Positions 1 through 8,010 of a DNA stretch of 40,697 nucleotides are shown in pieces. Source of the stretch: a virus. Taxonomy: Duplodnaviria > Heunggongvirae > Uroviricota > Caudoviricetes. The stretch is taken from IMG/VR virus record IMGVR_UViG_2541047891_000003; one strand, given 5' to 3'. The position numbers and the translations under genes were made by a program. Each line of letters starts with the position of its first letter. The first letter of the stretch is position 1. The notes under the pieces are model-generated. The model was given only the letters and a program-made list of their open reading frames with translations. It ran no database searches and was not told the DNA's origin.

Positions 1-468
1 ATGCCAGATCAAAAAGAAAGTGAGAACACCAAACTCACTTGTGAAGAACAAAAGGATAATGAACTGGTTTCTCGAGTAATCGAAAATCCAGAGGTCTTAA
101 ACAGGGTTTTGGATAGTCCGCAGGTGCGGGCTATTGTTTGCCAGCATTTTCAGGGGCCTGTTCCGCCACCTTCAATGCTTAAAAAGTATGATCAACTGGT
201 GCCTGGGCTTGCAAATCGACTTGTTGAGTTGACCGAAAAAGAGCAGGCTCATCGCCATAAAACAGTGGCTGATAGCATTGATATTGCCAGAGATGGTCAA
301 ACAAAGGCTTTTTGGTTGGCAATATTGATCATCTTAGCTGCCACTGTCTTTGGCGTCATGGGGGAGACAGTTCTTGCCGGAACTCTCGTTTCAATAGATC
401 TTGTTGCATTGGTTACGGCATTTATTGTTGGAAAACATTATTCTAAGCAGGAACCTGATCAAGATTAG
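1..468 (+). CDS. DUF2335-like small membrane protein (two C-terminal hydrophobic helices)
   Basis: 155-aa ORF with ATG start and a hydrophobic C-terminus (LAILIILAATVFGVMG...LVALVTAFIVG); family assignment from memory; followed by a hairpin plus T-run. Confidence 0.5.
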   Translation: MPDQKESENTKLTCEEQKDNELVSRVIENPEVLNRVLDSPQVRAIVCQHFQGPVPPPSMLKKYDQLVPGLANRLVELTEKEQAHRHKTVADSIDIARDGQTKAFWLAILIILAATVFGVMGETVLAGTLVSIDLVALVTAFIVGKHYSKQEPDQD

Positions 469-474
469 TCTCCG

Positions 475-500
475 AACCCCGGTTGATGCCGGGGTTTTTA
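475..500 (+). terminator. Rho-independent terminator candidate (CCCCGG-ttgatg-CCGGGG then TTTTT)
   Basis: 6-bp GC stem at 477-482/489-494 followed by T-run 495-499, directly after the stop codon at 466-468. Confidence 0.6.
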
Positions 501-544
501 CACTAGCAAAGCAATATCAACATTTTTCAGCTGTATTTATTTCG

Positions 545-1663
545 TCAAACAACCAATTTAACCCATTCCTGACCACGAGTATCGTTATAACGATCGGTGG
601 TTGCCTGGACTTTATGTCCCAGTAATGTTTTTGTATCAATACCCTGCGCGCGGTACAGTCGTTCTGACAGGGAGCGTTGTTCATGAAATGTTGGCGGAGT
701 TTTTCCTGCTGGTGGAGTTATCCCAGCCAGATCCCGTGCTTTGGCAAAGTAGTCGCTCAGGTTGTCTTTACTCATCGGCTTTGGTTGTTTCTGGTGCCGA
801 CTATGGATTAGATATGGACTTAATATTCTGTCTCGGCACCCATCAATAACTTCTTTTAACGTTATCCCAATGGCATCACAGCGTAGTGTAAGCGGTAACG
901 CCAGACGCATTCCGGTTTTTCCCTGGGTGATATGCAAGTGTTCGTTCCACACATCTGAAAAACGCATGTGGCAAATGTCATCACGGCGCTGACCAGTAAC
1001 AATCGCAAGGAGCATTGCGTTACGGATAAAGTGTTTTTCAGGCGTTGCGTTGTAAATTTTTTGCCAGTCTTCCAGGGTGAGCCTGGCTCTGGTTACTTTA
1101 GGGATCGGTTTACGGGTAGCCTCAGGAGGATTCCATCCAGGAGGAACTTCCCCTGCATGCTGTGCTTCTTTATAAATATCAACCCATAATCCGCGATTTA
1201 CTCGCGCTGTGCTGACCATGTCTTTATCCAGCCACTCATCCAGTATTAATGCAAAGTCTCTTACTTCCAGTTCTTTCAATGGGTGGTTTCCCAGACGGGA
1301 AACCAGGAATGCAGCCATTCGCGTTTTTTCTTTGTGGGTTGTAGCTGCAATATCTCCATTTTTCAGTCGCGTGTCTTGTATTTTCAGATATCGATCAACC
1401 CATGCCTTTAATCTAATACCCCGACGTTTTGTTGCTGACGGACTTTCATCAATTTTGCGCATGAAATATTCAGCTTCTGCTGCAGCTATTCGCTGATTGG
1501 CTGTGGAAGCGATTTTTTCTGCCTTACCTTTGTCTGTTCCGAGACCGTGAAATTTTCCAGTCACAGGGTTTTTATACTGGTAGTAAACTTTGCCAGTTCT
1601 GCGATCAAATTTTTCGTAAAGTCCGGCTACGTCAGTGCTGTTTTTTCGTGGCCTCGGTGACAT
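545..1663 (-). CDS. int: Tyrosine recombinase, lambda-family integrase
   Basis: 372-aa ORF; C-terminus PPTFHEQRSLSERLYRAQGIDTKTLLGHK...TTDRYNDTRGQEW matches the lambda Int catalytic region (HELRSL...LLGH...Y) as I recall it. Confidence 0.93.
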   Translation of the reverse strand: MSPRPRKNSTDVAGLYEKFDRRTGKVYYQYKNPVTGKFHGLGTDKGKAEKIASTANQRIAAAEAEYFMRKIDESPSATKRRGIRLKAWVDRYLKIQDTRLKNGDIAATTHKEKTRMAAFLVSRLGNHPLKELEVRDFALILDEWLDKDMVSTARVNRGLWVDIYKEAQHAGEVPPGWNPPEATRKPIPKVTRARLTLEDWQKIYNATPEKHFIRNAMLLAIVTGQRRDDICHMRFSDVWNEHLHITQGKTGMRLALPLTLRCDAIGITLKEVIDGCRDRILSPYLIHSRHQKQPKPMSKDNLSDYFAKARDLAGITPPAGKTPPTFHEQRSLSERLYRAQGIDTKTLLGHKVQATTDRYNDTRGQEWVKLVV

Positions 1664-1901
1664 GAGTTAAAATCTCCTTCAGTGCATCATCATCGCCAGT
1701 ATGAATTTCCGGCGCAATTCCCGTTTCACCAGGCCCAACAAATACTGCTCGGCGATCTATCAGCCAACGCCCACGAATTTTTTGTGGTCTTGGAACGATG
1801 TATCCTAGTTTTCCGTATTTCACCAGGGTAGTGTTTGTTATTGGGAGACTGAACCGTTTTGGTTTCCACTCGTCGAGCGTTATCAGGTACTGTTCGCTCA
1901 T
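1632..1901 (-). CDS. xis: Excisionase (Xis-like DNA-binding protein)
   Basis: Small ORF overlapping the int start; ATG at 1901 with GGAG 8 nt upstream (GTG at 1910 is the alternative); excisionase-like sequence and the typical position upstream of int. Confidence 0.75.
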   Translation of the reverse strand: MSEQYLITLDEWKPKRFSLPITNTTLVKYGKLGYIVPRPQKIRGRWLIDRRAVFVGPGETGIAPEIHTGDDDALKEILTHVTEATKKQH

Positions 1902-1962
1902 GGCTATCACTCCGGAACGCGCCAGTTGCAGAATATCAACGACAACTGGCGACGGTTGAACA

Positions 1963-4434
1963 TTAAAAATCAGCCTGATTCGGGATCAGTTTTTGCCAGA
2001 TAGCTGAAACGTATTTTGCCTGGTGACGAGCGTCATCAAGTGCATTATGGCGCTCACCTTCGAATGGAATAGCCGTTCTGGCATCGAAGTCTATGGCTTT
2101 CCCCAGCTCAACGATTGTGCGTACATCGCGATCGTTGTAGTAACGCCACGGGCAGGGGATCCCCTGCCGTTCGTATGAACGGCGCAAAATCGTGTTGTCG
2201 AAGTTTGCTCCATTTCCCCAGACCTGAACAAAAAATTCACCGGAGTTTTCGTCGATAAATTCCCGCAATTGTAACAGTGCATCATCTAACGGGATTTCAT
2301 CGGTCATAATGGCAGATTGCGCTTCGCGTGATTGCTTAAGCCACCATTTAATGGTGTCCCGATCAATGACTCCGCCAGCAGTTTCCAGATCGACAGTCTT
2401 ACTAAATTCCGGTCCCATATCTCCGGTTTGCGGATCGAAAAATATTGCACCTATTGAGATAATCGGGGCATCAGGATTTTTTCCCATGGTTTCAAGGTCG
2501 ATCATCAGATGAATCCCCGCTCTGCTGGTGGATGTGAGATTATGATGACCGTTCGCCTTAATTAAGGGATCTGACGCCTCGCCAGTTTCACTATCGCTGG
2601 CATGATGCTGATTGCCGCCAGTGTTCTCCTTGTGCTGATGCGCAGTGCCTTCCATTTCCTCCGGATCATTTTCCTGAACTTCAGGCTGATTCTCTTCATC
2701 GAATATTTCCTGGTATGTTGCGTCACCCATCACCGCACCACAATCAGGGCAGCTACCGCCGCCGATCTGACCGCAGGCGGTGCAGGCTTTTTCCGGCTCC
2801 TGTTGCGCTACTGGTTCAACCTGTTTCGTTTCTGGCTCGTTTTGTTGCGCATTTGGGCTGTTTTGTTCCGTTTTCTGGTCGTTCTGTTCCGATTCTTGCT
2901 GGTTCTGGTTTACAGAGTCGCGGGTTTCAATCCCCTTCACCCATTTCGGATCATTCGGGTCGCTAATCCCTGCAACAAATTCTCCGCGAGAGGCAGCAAG
3001 CAACTTATCGGCGTCAGGCTGGCTGATATTGGCTGCCTGCATAATTTTGTTTACTTCGTCAGCGGTAACTTTTACCGGCTCTGGTTGTGCGGTCGTGTCA
3101 GATGCACCAGTATTTTGTTGTGAACCTGAGTATGTACCGTTTTTGCGGGCAAAATATTCTTCTTTCGTGATTTCAGTAGCCCCTGCAGTCAGCGCCTTAT
3201 TCAGACCAGAAAGTTTGTTTGCGCGACCATATTTTTCGCCATCCTTATCTGTGAAGAGGAAGTAGAACGGCCCCTCACGCTCTACAGATGGTTCGACTTC
3301 CACTTTGCATTCGGTTTTTTCGTTGTCCGGAATTGCCGTTTCCACTGCATCAGTTTCTGGTACTGGCGACGAGAGAGTATCAGTTGCGCTCTGATTTGTT
3401 CCTTCATCTTCAAACACGCCCTTTGTAGTCAGGTATTCAGTAATGTATTTGTTCAGTGCCACAGGGTCTTTGTGAATGTCGATCGGACGTTCACGGACAA
3501 GGCCAAAAATAGTCTGGCGGTCGTAGCGAAGGGCATCAGGCTGTTTGCGCATTGATGCCGAGATACGCTTCCAGTCTTCGCGGTCGTTGTCGATAACTTC
3601 ATTTTTTGCCCAGCGATGGATGCTGCCGTCAATGTTTCCGGCATCCACATCACCAGGCCAGAGAGCGTAGGCCAGTTCGTCATCCAGTGTTTTCCATGTC
3701 TGCTTGTATTCGCGATGAATGGCAGCAATGACCGGGCTGATTTTTCCTGTTGAATTTTCAGTGTACTGTTGATTGGCTCTGGCGCGGGCGAGATCAACAA
3801 CAGACGTGTATTTTCCGGTTTCCTTGCGTTCACCTTCGCGACGTTTTTTCCAGATGCGCATCTCTGCCTGAATTTCGGGCCATTTAGCACCAGGAATACA
3901 TTTATGCTTAACCCACCCAATGGCATGCAGCTTAAGCTCCGGATACATGGCGTTAACTTCTGGCATTTTCATCAACGCTTCAACGATATGTCCGTCGAAT
4001 GTTGCCATGTCTTCCTGCAACAATTCCTGTGCGCTAATAACCATATCAACGGTGATGTTTTCACATGTGTCGAACTTAACCATGACAGCGTTCTGTACTT
4101 CAGGGGCCAGCTTGTCAAAAGTGACGTTCATCGGATCTGATTCAGTCTCAACCGGGACAAAGGAAGCAGAGTCCTCATCCCAGCGGTTTTCCTGCATATA
4201 TTCAGCATCCCAGGAATCGAGGGCAGGGCGGGGTATACCAGGTTTATCCTCGCAAACAAGAAATTTATAAGCGCAGTCCTGAGCAGCCGGATAATGTTCC
4301 AGGAATTGCCAGTGAAATTTTGCGCGGGCGCGACGTTCATCACCGGATTCAATGGCAGTGGCTACAGCGACTGCACCTTCTTCCTTTATTGCCTGTTCGT
4401 CCGGAATGGCGGCGCAAATAAAGACTTTACTCAT
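1963..4434 (-). CDS. Large putative exonuclease with a C-terminal DnaQ-like DEDDh 3'-5' exonuclease domain and a central Cys4 zinc ribbon (often annotated exodeoxyribonuclease VIII-like)
   Basis: 823-aa ORF; motifs LMIDLETMG and HNALDDARHQAKY near the C-terminus; CTACGQIGGGSCPDCG zinc ribbon; acidic Q/E-rich low-complexity linker. Confidence 0.6.
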   Translation of the reverse strand: MSKVFICAAIPDEQAIKEEGAVAVATAIESGDERRARAKFHWQFLEHYPAAQDCAYKFLVCEDKPGIPRPALDSWDAEYMQENRWDEDSASFVPVETESDPMNVTFDKLAPEVQNAVMVKFDTCENITVDMVISAQELLQEDMATFDGHIVEALMKMPEVNAMYPELKLHAIGWVKHKCIPGAKWPEIQAEMRIWKKRREGERKETGKYTSVVDLARARANQQYTENSTGKISPVIAAIHREYKQTWKTLDDELAYALWPGDVDAGNIDGSIHRWAKNEVIDNDREDWKRISASMRKQPDALRYDRQTIFGLVRERPIDIHKDPVALNKYITEYLTTKGVFEDEGTNQSATDTLSSPVPETDAVETAIPDNEKTECKVEVEPSVEREGPFYFLFTDKDGEKYGRANKLSGLNKALTAGATEITKEEYFARKNGTYSGSQQNTGASDTTAQPEPVKVTADEVNKIMQAANISQPDADKLLAASRGEFVAGISDPNDPKWVKGIETRDSVNQNQQESEQNDQKTEQNSPNAQQNEPETKQVEPVAQQEPEKACTACGQIGGGSCPDCGAVMGDATYQEIFDEENQPEVQENDPEEMEGTAHQHKENTGGNQHHASDSETGEASDPLIKANGHHNLTSTSRAGIHLMIDLETMGKNPDAPIISIGAIFFDPQTGDMGPEFSKTVDLETAGGVIDRDTIKWWLKQSREAQSAIMTDEIPLDDALLQLREFIDENSGEFFVQVWGNGANFDNTILRRSYERQGIPCPWRYYNDRDVRTIVELGKAIDFDARTAIPFEGERHNALDDARHQAKYVSAIWQKLIPNQADF

Positions 4435-4513
4435 TTTGTTTTACCTCATTACAGATTTAAGGGTGAACAAATCCCTGCCATTGCTGGCATATAAAAATGA
4501 AACCGGATATTAA

Positions 4514-4717
4514 TTACGGTGCTGTTTTAAGTCCTGCCGGGATTTCGTTATTATCCTGGTGAATAACTTTATCGACCGGGTAACAGTTACCGGGAATTTT
4601 CTGTTCGGTTGCTGCAGTCACACACTCCTGCATTGTCCTGTGAACACTGACTGCAATATCAACTGGCTCTCCGGAAACAAGAAAAACTGTCAGAACAAGT
4701 GCAAATGCTGTATTCAT
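4514..4717 (-). CDS. ydfD: YdfD-like small protein with an N-terminal signal/TM segment (Qin prophage lysis-protein family)
   Basis: 67-aa product MNTAFALVLTVFLVSGEPVDIAVSVHRTMQEC... from the internal ATG at 4717; lies immediately downstream of dicB as in Qin; overlaps the dicB stop. Confidence 0.65.
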   Translation of the reverse strand: MNTAFALVLTVFLVSGEPVDIAVSVHRTMQECVTAATEQKIPGNCYPVDKVIHQDNNEIPAGLKTAP

Positions 4718-4902
4718 TGCCAACATCCTTTTTGTATCGGACGTAAACGGGCCAGCATTGAAAGAATGCATATTTTATTTAATAACTCCCGTTCGTGTTT
4801 TCTCTTGTTAATGGCATCTTCAGTAAATACAGGGTTACTGATAGTGACACCAATTTCAAAACAACCTTCAGACGTATTAACGTTTGGTAATAACGTTTCC
4901 AT
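4714..4902 (-). CDS. dicB: Cell division inhibitor DicB
   Basis: 62-aa product METLLPNVNTSEGCFEIGVTISNPVFTEDAINKRKHERELLNKICILSMLARLRPIQKGCWQ, near-identical to E. coli DicB as I recall it; ATG verified at 4900-4902; the longer 97-aa track ORF is an upstream extension. Confidence 0.85.
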   Translation of the reverse strand: METLLPNVNTSEGCFEIGVTISNPVFTEDAINKRKHERELLNKICILSMLARLRPIQKGCWQ

Positions 4903-5071
4903 TATCGCGTCCTCAACAATGAATTTTGTGATGCGGTGCCTGGTGCCTCCAGGTGACGTTAACCAGTTAACAATTAACGCCGGATACAGAGAATCCACCC
5001 ATAACACTGTTTTTGGTTTTAACTGTTCCGCGTGCGCTCAGCCGCATTCACCACATCACAAAATTCACTTT

Positions 5072-5129
5072 AAAAAGGGCGGCAGAGCAGTCACGGAGTA
5101 AAACTGATACCGCCAAACGTCACCAGAAA
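5072..5129 (-). ncRNA. dicF: DicF small regulatory RNA (ftsZ-targeting sRNA)
   Basis: Minus-strand sequence TTTCTGGTGACGTTTGGCGGTATCAGTTTTACTCCGTGACTGCTCTGCCGCCCTTTTT matches the DicF sequence I recall; ends in a GC stem plus T-run; about 170 nt upstream of dicB as in Qin. Confidence 0.85.
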
Positions 5130-5463
5130 ATTGATAACAGAGGGCGTTGCAGCGGAGTTGTCACTTAAGCGTATGGTCAACCTGACAACCCGGTGTCCTC
5201 AACGGGGAAGGAATAACCCCGCCATACTTACCGCCGCGCCATTTCGCGGAGTGCCACAACCGGAAGCGCACGGTCGACGAAAATTTAACGACAGGCTATC
5301 TATGAACCAGCTACCTCGCCGTGCGCTTTCGCGTTATGGTCTGACTTTTCAGGGAAATATCCTTTCAGTAAACTGTCAGTGCCGGATGCTCACCCGTGTC
5401 CGGCGCACGCACTCCACCTCACCCGTGGAGAACTCCTTAATCACCAACCCTCAGGAGGGTGAA

Positions 5464-5739
5464 ATGTCGACTGAAAATGATGAAATCATTAACTCCCTGA
5501 TACGCCAGATTAATAATTTTGATAAAGCATTGCAGCATGCTGCGGCGCGTAGTGATATAACTCTTTTAGCAATTTCATTTCTTGCATCTGTTATGGATAA
5601 AAATGAAGTCGTACGACAGAGTCTTGTTGATTATATCGACTCGCTTCAACCCGGCACTTTCAATCATGAGAGCTTCAATCATGAGAAAGAGCATGTTAAG
5701 TCTGTAATTAATTCTCTTATTTTGAATCAAAAGAATTAA
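5464..5739 (+). CDS. Hypothetical 91-aa protein encoded antisense to the dicB operon
   Basis: ATG at 5464 preceded by a strong RBS (AGGAGGGTGAA); product MSTENDEIINSLIRQINNFDKALQ...; no family recognised; the N-terminal extension of the track ORF starting at 5131 is probably not coding. Confidence 0.5.
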   Translation: MSTENDEIINSLIRQINNFDKALQHAAARSDITLLAISFLASVMDKNEVVRQSLVDYIDSLQPGTFNHESFNHEKEHVKSVINSLILNQKN

Positions 5740-6037
5740 TGCTTTTTGTTGCAAAGTAATTTTCAAGGGGTTCTATTCGAATCCCTTTCTTTTTCATTAA
5801 CAAGCCAAACCCCTTATCAATGATGTCCATTAGATCCAGGAAGTGTTTTTCATGTAAATCCTGGTTATCAGAGAGCTGCTTCTCTTCGTACAGACCGATA
5901 AAGGCACGACGCACGTTACCGGATATAGTATCGATGGTTTCTTTTTCTACGGTACTCAGGTCAAGAGTCGCCAGTTGGGAACGAACTATATTCGCTGCCA
6001 TTTCCTGGAATTGCATTGGTAAATCTTTAAATTCCAT
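5717..6037 (-). CDS. Hypothetical 106-aa protein within the ydfABC-dicF-dicB operon
   Basis: ATG at 6037 with GAGG about 8 nt upstream, 22 nt after the ydfC stop (coupled arrangement); no family recognised. Confidence 0.55.
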   Translation of the reverse strand: MEFKDLPMQFQEMAANIVRSQLATLDLSTVEKETIDTISGNVRRAFIGLYEEKQLSDNQDLHEKHFLDLMDIIDKGFGLLMKKKGIRIEPLENYFATKSINSFDSK

Positions 6038-6059
6038 TATTAGCCTCGTTGGTTAGCTA

Positions 6060-6278
6060 TTAACGTGGGTATGTAATCATTCTGGCAATGCTTAATGCCG
6101 CTGCTTTTTGCAGCCTGGTGATATCCTGCTCCAGAGCGGACAGATTTTCAGTCTGCTTAGCCCTGGCTTCATTGGCCCATTTCAGATCCTGCGCTGCATT
6201 AATTTTCTGGCGCATCCACTCATAAAGTTCATCATCGGTATAGTCTGGCGCGATGATGACGGGTTCTCGTTTCTGCAT
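6060..6278 (-). CDS. ydfC: YdfC-like small protein
   Basis: 72-aa ORF in the position and size of Qin ydfC, directly downstream of ydfB. Confidence 0.6.
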   Translation of the reverse strand: MQKREPVIIAPDYTDDELYEWMRQKINAAQDLKWANEARAKQTENLSALEQDITRLQKAAALSIARMITYPR

Positions 6279-6307
6279 ACTGATTCCTCGCGGTGCTGTT
6301 TCGCTTA

Positions 6308-6436
6308 TCAGCCGTTAGATTTTGCCGAACTGGAAAGCGCCTGTTTAAACTCACTGAAGCTGAGAGCTTCTTCGCCTTCGGCAAGGCCTTCGAAGTATTC
6401 TTCGTAAGCCTTTTCCATGATTGCGTCGAAATCCAT
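6308..6436 (-). CDS. ydfB: YdfB-like small protein (42 aa)
   Basis: Hand-translated MDFDAIMEKAYEEYFEGLAEGEEALSFSEFKQALSSSAKSNG; not in the ORF track because it is under 60 aa; start 1 nt after the ydfA stop. Confidence 0.6.
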   Translation of the reverse strand: MDFDAIMEKAYEEYFEGLAEGEEALSFSEFKQALSSSAKSNG

Positions 6437-6437
6437 A

Positions 6438-6593
6438 TCACTCACCTGAATTTCTTTCCAGCCAGCGACGCGCGCCAGATTCGGTTTTAAACGTTTTGCT
6501 TTTGGTATACGTCATCGCGGTGAACGTACCGTCCTGGTTTGGGAACACGCCGTATACCAGAGATTCGTTGTTGCCAAGATCGATAGTATCCAT
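6438..6593 (-). CDS. ydfA: YdfA-like small protein (51 aa)
   Basis: Hand-translated MDTIDLGNNESLVYGVFPNQDGTFTAMTYTKSKTFKTESGARRWLERNSGE; length and sequence consistent with Qin YdfA from memory; not in the ORF track. Confidence 0.65.
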   Translation of the reverse strand: MDTIDLGNNESLVYGVFPNQDGTFTAMTYTKSKTFKTESGARRWLERNSGE

Positions 6594-6761
6594 GTTGACC
6601 TCATTTCCCCTTAACGCCGGGGTAGCGGAACTAAGACCTGTCGCACCGTTGTGCTTTGATGGAATACATTGTTCTCTCTAGGTGAACAAAAGTCAACATA
6701 ATGAATACATAAAAGGTAAAAAAAACCGCCTTGCGGCGGTATGATTCTGTAAAATAAAGAA

Positions 6762-7151
6762 TTATTTTTGTCGTGTTATTGGGTCGACGTATTCTGAGTA
6801 AAATTCGGTCAGTTTTTGAAGTCGCATTTGAAAAGCTGCCAGCATATTTCTACGTTCTACGGGTGGCAGGTTTCTGTAAACATCAAGCAGGGCCTTCTCG
6901 TCATCATCAAGCGCTTCTCTATTTGTCTCTTCTTTCCCTGTCAGTAGCCAAGAAAGGGAAACGTTTGTGGCTTCTGCAATTTTGGCTGCGGAATCTTTAC
7001 TGATTGTTCCTCTTTTTTTCCATGCGTTGACTGATGAACGACCTACACCAGCGATACGCGCTAAATCTGAACCACTTAAATGATGCTGTTGAGAGATCGC
7101 ATCTAACCTTTCTGCTAGCGGGGTGTCGTATTGCTTTTTTCTCATGTCCAT
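6762..7151 (-). CDS. Prophage repressor, HTH (XRE/CI-like) DNA-binding protein, functional analogue of DicA/CI
   Basis: 129-aa ORF with an HTH-like segment LSGSDLARIAGVGRSSVNAWKKRG; divergent from a Cro-like gene across an operator-rich intergenic region. Confidence 0.75.
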   Translation of the reverse strand: MDMRKKQYDTPLAERLDAISQQHHLSGSDLARIAGVGRSSVNAWKKRGTISKDSAAKIAEATNVSLSWLLTGKEETNREALDDDEKALLDVYRNLPPVERRNMLAAFQMRLQKLTEFYSEYVDPITRQK

Positions 7152-7166
7152 TTAGCAATTATAACC

Positions 7167-7250
7167 GTTCAGTGAACACTAACAATTCCTCGAGGTGTTG
7201 ACTTATGTTCGTTTTAAGTGAACAATTGTTGTGGTTAGTTGAACTGGAGG
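7167..7250. promoter_or_regulatory. Immunity-region operator/promoter cluster (palindrome GTTCAGTGAAC, repeated GTGAAC/GTTGAAC half-sites, -35-like TTGACT)
   Basis: Palindrome at 7167-7177; related half-sites at 7216-7244; TTGACT at 7198-7203; lies between the divergent repressor and cro-like genes. Confidence 0.5.
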
Positions 7251-7254
7251 TTGT

Positions 7255-7530
7255 ATGACAGCATTGGACAAAGCAATAAAGATTGCTGGTGGTATTCGTC
7301 CGCTAGGGCGTGCAATAGGGGCTTGGCCATCTCAAATACACAAATGGGCAAATGAATACAATGGTCGAGTTCCGACGGGGGAACGGGTTCGTCAAATTTA
7401 TATTGCAACTGGGGTTACTCCTCATGAATTGCGACCAGATTTATACCCGAATCCAACTGACGGGTTGCCTGCTGGAGATAAGGCTAACACACCAAATACA
7501 CCGGAGTTGATTCATGAAAATCAAGCATGA
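7255..7530 (+). CDS. Cro/DicC/YdaS-like HTH regulator
   Basis: 91-aa ORF MTALDKAIKIAGGIRPLGRAIGAW...ELRPDLYPNP; divergent from the repressor; resembles YdaS-type Cro analogues. Confidence 0.65.
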   Translation: MTALDKAIKIAGGIRPLGRAIGAWPSQIHKWANEYNGRVPTGERVRQIYIATGVTPHELRPDLYPNPTDGLPAGDKANTPNTPELIHENQA

Positions 7531-7939
7531 ACACATCCGTATGGCGATGAATGCCTGGGCGCATCCGGACGGTGAAAAAGTTCCGGCAGCTGAAATAACC
7601 CGGGCTTATTTTGAGCTGGGTATGACGTTCCCGGAGCTATATGACGACAGCCATCCGGAAGCGCTGGCTCGTAATACCCAGAAAATTTTCCGTTGGCTGG
7701 ATAAAGACACCCCTGATGCGGTTAAAAAAATTCAGGCGTTGTTACCAGCGATCGAAAAAGCAATGCCACCTTTGCTGGTGGCCCGAATGCGCAGCCACAG
7801 TTCAGCCTATTTTCGGGAACTGGTGGAGACGCGGGAACGACTGGTGAGAGACGCTGATGATTTTGTCGCAGTGGCGATCGCTGGTTTCAACCAGATGAAT
7901 CGTGGTGGCCCGGCGGGAAATATTGTGGTTGTGCATTGA
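7514..7939 (+). CDS. YdaT-like protein (CII-like regulator family)
   Basis: 141-aa ORF starting MKIKHEHI as I recall YdaT does; overlaps the end of the cro-like gene. Confidence 0.6.
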   Translation: MKIKHEHIRMAMNAWAHPDGEKVPAAEITRAYFELGMTFPELYDDSHPEALARNTQKIFRWLDKDTPDAVKKIQALLPAIEKAMPPLLVARMRSHSSAYFRELVETRERLVRDADDFVAVAIAGFNQMNRGGPAGNIVVVH

Positions 7940-8010
7940 CTGACAATATTCATACCGGATCGCTTCCGGCAATTCGTGAGTAAAAAGATTCGCTATCAGA
8001 AGAGGTGAGT

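Noticed and set aside
2602-3265. Plus-strand ORFs of 173 and 161 aa inside the exonuclease gene
   Set aside because: They are antisense to the 823-aa ORF, Phe/Leu/Cys-rich from reading the acidic-linker codons backwards, and have no RBS.
5131-5463. N-terminal extension of the 202-aa plus-strand track ORF
   Set aside because: The strong RBS is at the internal ATG (5464); the extension overlaps the dicF promoter/leader on the other strand and has basic low-complexity composition.
6232-6490. Track ORFs overlapping the ydfA/ydfB region (both strands)
   Set aside because: Hand-translated 51-aa and 42-aa minus-strand genes of Qin-like size and sequence explain this interval better.
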